Positions 51,290 through 62,424 of a stretch of DNA of 64,000 bases are shown here, in pieces (position 1 is the first letter of the stretch; each line of letters starts with the position of its first letter). Source of the DNA: Chiloscyllium plagiosum (taxonomy: Eukaryota); the NCBI RefSeq assembly GCF_004010195.1, contig NC_057719.1, positions 28,443,153 through 28,507,152 of the forward strand, given 5' to 3'. A model generated the notes under the pieces. The model was not told the origin of the DNA, made no database searches, and saw only the letters and a list, made by a program, of their open reading frames with translations. The position numbers were made by a program, and so were the translations under genes.

Positions 51290-52602
51290 ACTCATGGAAT
51301 GTGGCTAGCATTTCTTGTTCCCGAGCTGCTCTTGAGAAGGTGGTGGTGAGTTATCTTCATGAATTGTTGCAGTGCATGTACTGTAGGTTGATCAGTGTCC
51401 TGAGGAAGGGAATTCCAGAATTTTGACCCAGCTCTAGTAAAGGAATGATGATATATTTCCAAAATAGGAGGTGAGTGACTTGGATGCAGGTGTTGGTATT
51501 CCCATGTATTTGCTTCATTTGTCCTTCTCGACAGAAGAGGTTGTGGTTCTGAAAGTGCTATGTAAGGAGGTTGGCAAATTTCTGAATTGCATCTTGTGGC
51601 GAGTACACACTGCTGCTACAGAGGATTGGTAATGGAGGGAGTGGATGCTTGTGGATGTGGTGGCCAATCAAATGGGCTGCTTTGTCCAGGATGGTATCGA
51701 ACTTCTTGAGTGTTGATGGAGCTGTACTCATCCAGGCAAGTGGGGAGTAGTCCATCACACTCCTGACTTGGGCCATGTAGATGGTAGACAAGTTTTGGGG
51801 AATCAGGAACTGAATTACTCCCTACATTATTTCTGGTCTCTGACATGTTTTTGTAGCCATTGCACTTACATGGTGAATTCAGTTTCTGGTCAATGGTAAT
51901 ATTGGTAGGGTGGGATTCAGTGATGGTAATACCATTGAATGTCAAGCGACAATGGTTAGGTTGTCTAAAGTAGACAGGGTGGTTAGGAAGGTATTTAGCA
52001 TGCTTGCCTTCATTGCTCAGACCTTTGAATATAAGAGTTGGGACATCATGTTGAGGTTGTACAGGGCATTGCTGAGGCCTGCTCTGGAGTACTGTGTGCA
52101 GTCCTGGTCGCTCTGATAGAGGAAGGATATTATTAAATTGGAGCAGGTTCAGAAAAGATTTATCAGGATATTACCAGGAACGGAGGGCTTGAGTTATAAA
52201 AATAGGCTGTATAGGCTAGGACTTTTTTCACCACAGCGTGGGCTGTTAAGGGGTCACCATATTGAGCTTTATAAAATCATAAGGTGAATAGCAAGGATTA
52301 TTTCCCTAAGGTGTGGGAGTTCAAAACAAGGAGGTATATTTTTAAGGTGAGAGGAGAGTTTAAAATAGGACATGAGGGGCAACTTTTATACATTGAGAGT
52401 GGTTAATGTGTGGAATGAACTGCCAGAGGAAGTGATGGATGCAGATGTAGTTACAACATTTAAAAGACATTTTGATTAGTACATGAATAGGAAAGGCTTG
52501 GAGAGATATGGGCCAAATACAGGCAAGTGGAACTAGTTTAGTTTGCAAACATGGTCAGTGTGGATGAGTTGGACTGAAGGGTCTATTTCCATGCTGTATG
52601 AT
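51290..52602. mobile_element. Old CR1/L2-like fragment (minus, to about 51960) abutting a CR1/HER1 3' end (plus)
   Basis: STIYMAQVRSVMDYSPLAWMS (minus); LRLYRALLRPALEYCVQ (plus). Confidence 0.75.
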
Positions 52603-53142
52603 GCTTTGGTGGCCTTTCCCAGGATCAAGAACCCCCAGTGGCAGAAGTCCCAGCTGCCAAGAGCTGCTGGCCAATCAGTGGCTGGCAGCTGTGTTTTACT
52701 GCACAGTGCCACCAGGAAGTTGGTGTCTGCTACAAGTAATGCACTCAAATCCCAGGATCATGTGGGGACCAAGGCCACATGTGAATTTAGAATTCTAGAA
52801 TTAGAATTAACTCTATAATCACATGTACTTACGTGGGTACATTGAAAAGTTTACAGATCATCACTTAGGATGCCATCTAAGGTACCGAGATAAGGATTAT
52901 TAAGTACAAATTCTTAGGGAAAATGTTAGAAAAATAAAAAGCCCAGCAATAAATTAGAAAAATAGAGAAATAAAAATTCAAAATACCAGTTCTTCCAAAC
53001 CAGACGGTACCAGGCTTCACCTTGAATGTGGCTAGGGTTGAAGGTGAGGGAGGGTAATGGATTTGGGTGGAAGATGGCATGGAAAAGGCTTGTAGATGAA
53101 GCAGGGATGGAGTTTGGCAGCAAAGGCAGGGCTTGCCACTGA

Positions 53143-53428
53143 TTTAGATTAGATTCCCTAAAGTGTGGAAACAAGCCCTTCAGCCCACCCCAACCCTCCG
53201 AAGAGCAACACACTTTCCCCTACATCTAACACTATGGGCAATTTAGCATGGCCAATTCACCTAACCTGCACATCTTTGGACTGTGGGAGGAAATTGGAGC
53301 ACCCGGAGGAAACCCATGCAGACACGGGGAGAATGTGCAAACTCCACACAGACAGTTACCTGAGGCAGGAATTGAACCTGGGTCCCTGGTGCTGTGAGGC
53401 AGCAGTGCTAACCACTGAGCCACTGTGC
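53143..53428 (-). mobile_element. HE1-type SINE
   Basis: HE1 core and ttaga tail. Confidence 0.85.
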
Positions 53429-53923
53429 TACTTGTTTGTGATAAGTGTGCTAATCCCCAGGTCCATCGGTATGCTTCATAATGTTGAAAAGAGAAAGCAT
53501 TCCAGGGAGCTGGTGAAACAACTTTAGAAAATGAACAAGATTCAATATTGTTCGCTCAAAAAGGAACAAAGATATACCAGTTACAATTTGTTATGCTAAT
53601 TTATTGACAGAAATTATTATGTAACTTTGAAACCACATAAGCATGAACTTAAAATCATAGAATTAACAGTATTTGAAGAAGCATGTCATGTATTGTACCA
53701 AAATGTTATTTATATATATCTTTGCCTCCGTTTCCACTTCTTTTCTCACTAGTATATTTATTCTCCTGAATTGAATCCTTGTTTGATTTCTTTTCGAACC
53801 ATCTTATACTTTTTGCATCAATAATCATGTCTGTTAAAGCATTTAGTCCCACAAAAGGCAAACTGCATCTTCATGGGATAATGGAGGGGAGGTATTTGCT
53901 GCATTTCGATGATGTGGACTTAC

Positions 53924-54150
53924 GCACCCCACAGTAGATCACAGTGTAATGGCATCCCAAACCCAACAGGTCCTTGGGTCGTTGGGTTTGGGATCAATTT
54001 CAGCTTCGGAACCAGGCCCAAGGTCTGACAGTAACAGCCAATGGAGAAGGGAACCATAATGATGCAAGATATACCTCAGGGAAAACCAATCTTGTAGAAG
54101 GGTTTCAAATAGACCTGGGTAAGACATGTGCAGACTAAACTCAATAGCAC
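53924..54150 (-). CDS. Exon B; (S)AIEFSLHMSYPGLFETLLQDWFSLRYILHHYGSLLHWLLLSDLGPGSEAEIDPKPNDPRTCWVWDAITL*STVGC, in-frame TGA at 53941-53939
   Basis: Acceptor ctccttgctcactttcag|GT, donor GTGC|gtaagt; 227 nt, phase 1 to 0; overlaps ORF-track entry 53939..54172(-). Confidence 0.75.
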
Positions 54151-54545
54151 CTGAAAGTGAGCAAGGAGACATTGATTCAGATTATGCTATGCCATTGGCA
54201 ACATCATGCTGCCTGCTGTTTTCAATAATTTCAGTGTTGAAAATTATAATAATGAATAGTTAGCATGGATTTCAAAAGTGAAAATCTCTGGTGAAGCTGA
54301 TTGAATTTTTCAAGGAAGTAACAGAGAGAGGAGAAAATGGTAATGATAGCAGATGTCATTTAATTAATTCAATTAATAAGGTTAGAGAATATGAAATCAG
54401 GAACAAGGGGCAGAATGGATCCCTAGCTGGCTTCAAGACAGAAACAAGTGTGTGGGAATAAAGGTTAGTTTTTCACTTTGGCAGCAGTGGAATGTGGTTT
54501 TGTACACTGCTGGGACCATTGAAATGCACAATTTATGTTAATTCA

Positions 54546-54862
54546 TGTTAGCACTGCTGCTTCACAGCGCCAGGCTCCTGGGTTCGATTCTACCCTTTGG
54601 CGACTATCTGTGTGGTGCTTGTATATTCTCCTCGTGTCTGCGTGGGTTCCCTCTGGTGGCTCTGGTTTCCTCCCACAGTGCAAGTTAGATGGATTGGCCA
54701 TTGCTAAATTGCCCATAGCATCCAGGGTCATGCAGGTTGTTGGGTTAACTTTGGGAAATGGAGGGTTACAGTGATGGGAGGTGTCTGGGTGGGATGCCCT
54801 TCAGTGGGTCGGTGCGGACCCGATGGGCTGAATGGCCTGCTTCCAAGCTGTAGGGATTCTAT
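54546..54862 (+). mobile_element. HE1-type SINE, diverged
   Basis: gttagcactgctgcttcacagcgccagg...gggttcgattc B-box. Confidence 0.8.
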
Positions 54863-55464
54863 GGACTTGGACTTGAAAACCTAAATTTGCACGTGACACT
54901 AAATTACAGGGAGATAGTGACTACTGAGAAGGGTTGTGATAAGTTACAGGAGGAAACTAATAAGCTAGTGGAATGGGCAAATGATTAGCAAATAATGCTC
55001 AACACAGATAAGTTTGAGGTAATACTTCTTGGTAAGAATCTGAAGGTGACTTATTACTTTGAAGGTGTGAAGAACAAAGGGTTCTCAGAGTACAAATAGA
55101 TTAACCAATAAAAGGTGCACCATGAGTTGGTAAGGCCATGCAAAAAACAGACCTACCCCTCAGCTTTATTTCTCAATGGATAGAACTGAAAAATGGGAAG
55201 GTTATGCTAAACCTGCATCAAACATTAGTTGGATCACAATTTAAAAGTGTGTAGCTTTTGTCGCCATATTGTACTAAGCATATTAGAGACTCGAGAGAGA
55301 GTGCAAGGAAACTTATAAAGAATGATACCAGAAATGTGAGAGTTCTTATATGAATTCAACTTGATAAAAAGGTGAACCAGCTCCCCTTTTATTAACCTCT
55401 TTAGTTGATCATAACAATGTTTTAAGTTCTTCCTACAATAGGGTTACATCTTTCAGGGTTCACT

Positions 55465-56375
55465 TTAAATATTAATGATCTGGATGATACGAAATTAGGT
55501 GGACAGGCAGGAAGTTCTGAGGAGGTGGGGAGGCTGCAGAAAGATTTAGATAGTTTAGGATAGTGGTCCAAGAAATGGCTGATGAATATCAATGTGAGCA
55601 AATGCAAGGTCTTGTACTTCGGAAAAAAGAATACAGGAACGGACTATTTTCTAAAATCTGAGAAAATTCCTAAAGCCCAAGTATAACGGGATCTGGGAGT
55701 GCTAGTCCAGGATTCGCTAAAGGTTGACTTGCAGGTTGAGTCCATGGTTAAGAAAGCAAATGTAATGTTGTCATTTAGCTCAAGAGGGTTGGAATGTAAA
55801 AGCAGCGATGTGCTACTGAGACTTTATAAAGCCCTGGTTAGGCCCCATTTAGAATACTGTGTCCAGTTTTGGGCTCCACACCTTAGGAAGGACAGACTGG
55901 CACTGGAGCATGTCCAGCGGAGATTCACATGGATGATCCCTGGAATGGTAGGCCTAACATACAATGAACGGCTGAGGATCCTGGGATTCTATTCGTTAGA
56001 GTTTAAAAGGTTGAGGGGAGATTTAATAAAAACTTACAAAATAATGCATGGCTTAGAAAGGGCGGATGCTGGGAATTTGTTTCTGTCAGGTGGGGATATT
56101 AGGACCCATAAGCCTTAGAATTAGAGGGGGTCAATTTAAAACGGAAATGAGGAGACATTTCTTCAGCCAGAGAGTGGTGGGCCTGTGGAACTCATTGCCA
56201 CGGAGCACAGTGGAGGCTGGGACATTAAATGTCTTCAAGACAGAGATTGATAAATTCTTAATCTCACAAGGAATTAAGGCATATGGGGAGAGTGCGGGTA
56301 AGTGGCGTTGAAATGCTCATCAGCCATGATCGAATGGTCTTATTTCCACTTTTATGTCTTATGGTCTTATGGTCT
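55465..56375 (+). mobile_element. CR1-type LINE 3' part
   Basis: LLRLYKALVRPHLEYCVQFWAP, RRHFFSQRVVGLWNSLP, (tggtctta)n tail. Confidence 0.85.
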
Positions 56376-56802
56376 TCTCCAATTAAAATTTGTTTAATGA
56401 TTTTTACTGTTATCCATCGGGAGACAATTACAAGGCATCCTTGAGTTAAAGGAAGAATAAGCTCATTACTTGCTAACCCCAAGAAAATAATCAAGGTGCT
56501 CCACCAAGCATGAGGCCATTATGCAATCACAAACATACAAACATACACAAAGAAACAAACATAGACATGCAAACATGCACGTACTTATACTCAGCACAAA
56601 AGGAGCATAAGAATACATACAGTTTCAAATCCTTTGGCTGTTTATAAGATATACAATTTTAATCTGTGATGCAATTGGTAGTTGGTTTAATGGACAACCA
56701 GCAATGGCGAATATTGCTCAGTTCAGTTCTGCAGTCTAAATTCCATCTCCTCTGCTCTGCTCTAACGGCCCCTTGAAATAGCAGCTTGTCTAAAATATTC
56801 TT

Positions 56803-57125
56803 TAGATTAGATTAGATTAGTTACAGTGTGGAAACAGGCCCTTCGGCCCAACAAGTCCACACCGACCCGCCGAAGCGCAACCCACCCAGACCCATTCTCC
56901 TACATTTACCCCTGCACCTAACACTACGGGCAATTTAGCATGGCCAATTCACCTGACCTGCACATTTTTGGACTGTGGGAGGAAACCGGAGCACCCGGAG
57001 GAAACCCACGCAGACACGGGGAGAATGTGCAAACTCCACACAGTCAGTCGCCTGAGGTGGGAATTGAACCCGGGTCTCTGGCGCTGTGAGGCAACAGTGC
57101 TAACCAATGTGCCACCGTGCCACCC
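56803..57125 (-). mobile_element. HE1-type SINE, young copy
   Basis: (ttaga)n tail, near-consensus body. Confidence 0.9.
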
Positions 57126-60100
57126 ACTTTGTGGCACTCCACTGGTCACAGGCCTCCAGTCTGAAAAACAATCCTCCACCACCACTGTATCTGTTTAAGT
57201 TATGTTTTCAGGCTTGATAACTGCTGAGTGGTTTCTTCTCCAAGAGTAAAGAGTAAAAATCGAAATGGAGATGATGGACTTTTCACAATTCCCAGAGAGG
57301 TTTGGCTAATTGGTTTTATTGGCTTTGCGGACAATGTGAATTTTAGCTTAGACTGTCTTTGACAAAAGATCATGTCAATTTCATGAAAGTCATTCAACTT
57401 GCATTGATCAACTGATTGCTATGGCCACTTTAAATCCATGTTTTGGTCCCTTTTTAAAATCGTTTCAGTCTATGAATATCTCAGTTATGAAATTGGTGAC
57501 AGAAGTCAAAGATCCATTGTCTGCATTTTGTATCATTGTGACAGTACAATGATGGTACCTTTATACAATTCATTTCAACATAATGACATCTAGCTTGATA
57601 TTTCTTTTTTATGTTAGAGATTATATTGGGAAGAGCATAATTAGAGTTCATCAACATGAAATAGTCACTAAGAAATCTACTTGGGGATTCAACAGCAACC
57701 TTTTTACCTAAGGTGTGGTGAGACTGTGGAAACTCTCTACCACCAGGTTGTAGCAGATGCACTTAAGGGGAGGCTGGATGAGCAAATGAGAGAGATATGA
57801 GTGAGTTATATTGAGGTCAGTTAGCCCAGTCTGCTGTGCAGAATGATACCAACAGTGTGTAACCTGTACTGGCTGAGGTTACCATGAAGATCCCACTCTC
57901 TCAACCTCACCCCATGCCTGAGGCACGGTGACCCTGAGGTTAAACCATCACCAGATGTCTCTCTGTCTAATGGGACAGCAGTCCTTTGGGACTATGGTGA
58001 TTTTACCTATACTGAGAAATTTAGATGGGCAATAATGTCAGGAGACTCTGACACACTGACATGGAGTATTTCTATACTGTCCATATTTAAATAATCATAT
58101 TTAACCATACTGTCGATTGGCTGGACTGAAGAAGAAAGTTTGCAGGGCTATAAAAAAAATTGGAGAGAGAGAGGATAGTTAAGTTGCTATTGCAGAGAAC
58201 TATTATGGACTTAATGGCCTCCTTTTGTTTTATAACTATGATTTTATGGTTCTTTTGTAGATGCAGAGAGTACCTCTAGCTGTCCACTCTCGCATCCAGC
58301 AATTAGTTTTGTGTATGAAAACAAAGGAACGTTTTCAAATTAATTGGATGGTATTTCAAATTTTCAGAAAACTGTGGACAACAAATTACACTCATGAATA
58401 TTCCATTTCTGTAAGAAAATATAAAACCAAAAAAATTCAGAAAAATATATGCCTCAGTCATTTTTGATTACTTTAACTCATCTATTCAAAATAAATCAAG
58501 GCTAACTCTGATAATTAACTTCTGGGCATTCAGGCCTAGAAATTCAATAAATGTGGCCATTTCACAAGCATTATATGGGAGCCAAAACAGATTTTAAAAT
58601 TATTCTTGGTATGTGAGAGTTAATGACAAAGTCAGAATTTATTGCCATCCCTAACTGCTCTTCAGAAGGTCGTGGTGAGTTACCTTATCACAATATAGTT
58701 CTGAATCAGGATAACTTTGAGGAGACCTTACTAGCAATGGGTTCCCAGTGGCTGCTATCATTGTATTTCGAGGTGACTTTGAGGCAGATAGGTAGATTTT
58801 TAAACAGTAAAGAAATTAAGGATGATGGTGAGTGGACAAATAAGTGGAATTGAGTCCACAAAAAGATCAGCCATGATCTAACTGAATGGCAGAGCAGGCT
58901 CGATGGGCCAGATGGCCTACTCCTGCTCCTTTTGTCGTATTCTTGTGTTCCAGCCTGATCACAGGTTTAGAAAGTGTTTATGGAGATACTTTGACAAGTT
59001 GTTGCAGTACACTCTGTTACTGCTTGGTGATGGAGGAGTGGGGTGAAAATCAAGCAGGCTACTTTGTCATGGATATCATCAAGCTTCTCAAGTATTATTG
59101 GATTTGTACTCATCCAGGTAAGTGGAAAAAATCTGAATCACATTCCTGACTAATGTTTTGTAAATGGCAGACAGATTTTGTGGTTGAAAGATGTGAGTCA
59201 CCAGCCTCAAGATTTCTTCTCTTTGTGACTTGCTTTTGTAGGACAGTTTTCCTACGACTACTCCAGTTGTCTTTTGTGAGCAGCATTCTGTGCTTCTAAA
59301 GGGTGCAGGAAATTTTCTTTCAGCTCTCTCATCCATAGGCTACCTGGCCAACTCTAAGCAATTCCTTCTGAATTGCAACTCCCTTCATTTCCCTCACCCC
59401 CCTCCCAATCATACCCAATTCTCCGGGGTCAATATAAGTGCCAATATTGACACACCTTGGCACCAAGTTCAGAGGTTCTTCACTAACGAGCAGTCTTGGT
59501 ATGTACAGAAGGTACCTGCAACTCATCAGGCTGTCATAAATGAGGCCCAGTGCTCAAAACTGGGCAAGCCTTGGGCCAGTTGGCACAGAGCATTAATCCC
59601 TGCACAAAATGCATGCTGGCAGGCCAATATGAGCCAACGTCCAATCTAGACTCACATTAATTTTGCAAACCATGAAACAGATTAATCCTCAAATATTAAT
59701 CCTGAAAAAAAACTGTTTCTCATATTGCAGAGACTAATGCATTACATATCAAACAGATTCAGGCTTCCAATATTCATCATCTCTCTACCCACAGCTCTCC
59801 CTCTCCCTGAAATAAACAGAATTGTACAGAAGCTCAGTTTCAGAATTTGCTGTTCTTATTTTTGTGAGCTGTGGACAGGTTTGTCAGTGATGCCACTGGC
59901 GGGTTATTTGAGAGAGTGACAGTTGGAATCCAGCTTGTTTCATTCCACATGCTGAGGATCAGGCATGTGGCTTCCACAATTGGAAACAGTAATATATGGG
60001 TGCAATGAGTCACTGTCTTCCAGGAAAACATTGCCTTAGCAACGTAAACCCATGTGACTTAGTAAGAGGCCAATTTGTTAGTTGATAGCCAGCCACAAAA

Positions 60101-60462
60101 ATCAGGACTAATGGAGCAGTCAAACATTAACACCATTGAAAGGATATTAGGATATCAAATCATTTTTACCAAACAAGGGGTTTATGTTTCTCATGCCATC
60201 AATTTAAAGGAGATTTATATGAATATTTATTATAGTTGAGAATGATTGTAATTAATATTATAAATGGAGGCTTAACAAAAGAGACATTCACAAAGTTAAA
60301 AATGTACATTGTGATTGGAATAGATTTTTGAAAACTGGTGTGTTTCCTTATAAATAATTATTTTTAGTGAATACTTATTTTCAACAACAAAAATGATCTA
60401 AATGTATCTAAACTGTTGGGACGGGTTGCACCTTCCTCAATACAAATTTGCTTTTAACATAC

Positions 60463-60595
60463 TGTCTCTTCCTTTTACCACCCTGCAAGTAGAATATGTG
60501 GGAATCCAGCTCCCGGACATCAGCAAGGCGACTTCGAAACGTGCTACTAATCTGAGATTTGTGAAGCTTTTTGAATTAGAAGCTTCCTTACTTTC
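60463..60595 (-). CDS. Exon A (most 5' exon found) of an unidentified multi-exon gene; ESKEASNSKSFTNLRLVARFEVALLMSGSWIPTYSTCRVVKGRD
   Basis: Acceptor gatcttgttcacag|GAA, donor GACA|gtatgt; 133 nt; only one frame is open across the exon; ends in phase 1, joining exon B's GT to give AGT; non-repetitive, 4 CpGs. Confidence 0.65.
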
Positions 60596-61639
60596 CTGTG
60601 AACAAGATCAATAATGAAAACTTGTACCAGATGGATGACTAATAGAGGACTTTTCTGGATTAGACTGTAATCAGAATAATTACAAACACATTGATGTATT
60701 GTATAAAAATAATTCACAATGTAGGAAAGTCTTAGAATGATTAAAGATCACCCCTTTTATTAGGGTGGCTTAGGCAAAAGCAAGAAGTATGTTTTACAAT
60801 GTTTAATAATTTTGTGAAAAAAAGCATCACCTAATTATCTGGTCTTTTTGTGGCTAAAATTAGCACACACAAGATAAAATAAATGAGTTACTAACAATGA
60901 TCTTCCAACCACTCTTGTGGGAGATGCACACCACCCACTATGATGTGGCCTACATCAAAGGCTCTGAAATGTAACATTTCAGCATTTTTCAGTCAGAATT
61001 GAGGCAATGTGAGGCGTTACTGAAACAGAACTATGTGCATTGTGTCTGACTGCATTTTGTAAACCAAATTCACTAAAAAGAATGAAAGATGTTTTTTTCA
61101 AAGAATACTGAAATCAAGGTGTAACTCCCTCACTTTGTGCAATGAACAGAATTGCAAAGTAGTCCCAAAGACAGTCTTCCATAAATTGACTTATTCGTAG
61201 CCAAAATGATATTATACACTGGTTTATTAAGTTGATAGTTGTTTCTCCTTGAATAAATGCAGCAATTGAAGGGGAGGAGCACAGTCATTAGGACTGCAAC
61301 AAAGTGAGATGAAAGCTGAATGAGTATAGACGTGATACTGAAATTTGATTCAAGTGGGAATTTTGTGCAAAGGGGGCCAGAGGTGAGGTTTACTGCAACA
61401 AATAAACACTCCAGAGTTAGAGGCGAGTGGAAGAGGAGAAAAGGCATAGTTCCAAGTTCGACCTGCAGTGAGACCAGTGGCTGAGTGATGCCACAGTGTG
61501 GAATGAGTGCAGAGAAAGAAGCTGATTGAATTGAATTTAGTGTCACGTGTACCGAGGCACAGTGAAAAGCTTTGTCTTGTGAGTGACGCAGGCAGATCAC
61601 ATATTTAAGCAGCATAGATAAGTAAATAGTAGATAAATA

Positions 61640-61968
61640 GCGGCATGGTGGCTCAGTGGTTAGCACTGTTGCCTCATAGCACCAGGAACCTGGGTTCGAT
61701 TCCAACCTCGGGTGACTGTCTGTGTGGAGTTTGCACATTCTCCCTGTGTCTGTGTGGGTTTCCTCCAGGTGCTCCAGTTTCCTCCCACAATCCAAAGATG
61801 TGCAGATTAGGTGAATTGGCCATGCTAAATTGCCTATAGTGTTAGATGCATTAGTCAGGGGTAAATGTAGGGGAATGGGTCTGGTTGGGTTACTCTTTGG
61901 AGGGTCAGTGTGGACTTGTTGGGCTGAAGGACCTATTTCCATACTGTAGGGAATCTAATCATCTAATC
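61640..61968 (+). mobile_element. HE1-type SINE
   Basis: gcggcatggtggctcagtggttagcactg head, aatctaatc tail. Confidence 0.88.
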
Positions 61969-61969
61969 C

Positions 61970-62405
61970 ATAAACACAGGTACAGGCAAATGTTAGGAGT
62001 TTGTGAGTCCATTCAGTATTCTAACAGTAGGGTATGAAACCGGCTGGTGCGTGCGTTGAGGCTTCTGTAACCTCTCCCCGATGGTAGAGGTTGTAGAAAA
62101 GCATTGCCAGGCTGGGATGGATCTTGGAGAATGCTGGCGGCCTTTCCTTGACAGCGGGCCTGGTAGATGGATTCTATAGATGCTGGATTAGTGGTGCTGG
62201 AAAAGTACAGCAGTTCAGGCAGCATCCGAGGAGCAGTAAAATTGGGAGGTTGGCCTTTGTGATTGTCCAGGCCGAGTTCACCACTCTCTGTAACAGTCTC
62301 TGAGCTTGAATGGTACAGTTGTCATACCAGATAGTAATACATTCAGACAGAATGCTCTCGACAGCGCACCTATAAAAGTTGGCAAATTTTCTCAGCTGCA
62401 TGAGG
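61970..62405 (-). mobile_element. Rex1/Babar-like LINE 3' fragment with a small Penelope insert
   Basis: FYRCAVESILSECITIWY..RLLQRVVNSA; ILQDPSQPG..LPSGRGYRSL. Confidence 0.75.
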
Positions 62406-62424
62406 AAGACGTAACCAGTGTATC

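Noticed and set aside
57212..57299. Plus-strand exon-like segment
   Set aside because: Stops in all three frames, weak donor, and no partner exons.
7522..60595. NUMT or Mycoplasma-type TGA=Trp code as the explanation for the in-frame TGAs
   Set aside because: The frame is split by long GT-AG introns full of vertebrate repeats and resembles no mitochondrial protein.
61130..61942. Longest ORF in the track (270 aa, minus)
   Set aside because: Its first half is an antisense HE1 SINE translation joined to LINE tail and unique DNA, so it is a chance fusion. The last part (about 61250-61133, donor caaa|gtgagg) could be an exon, but the acceptor is weak and its open frames do not join exon A's open frame.
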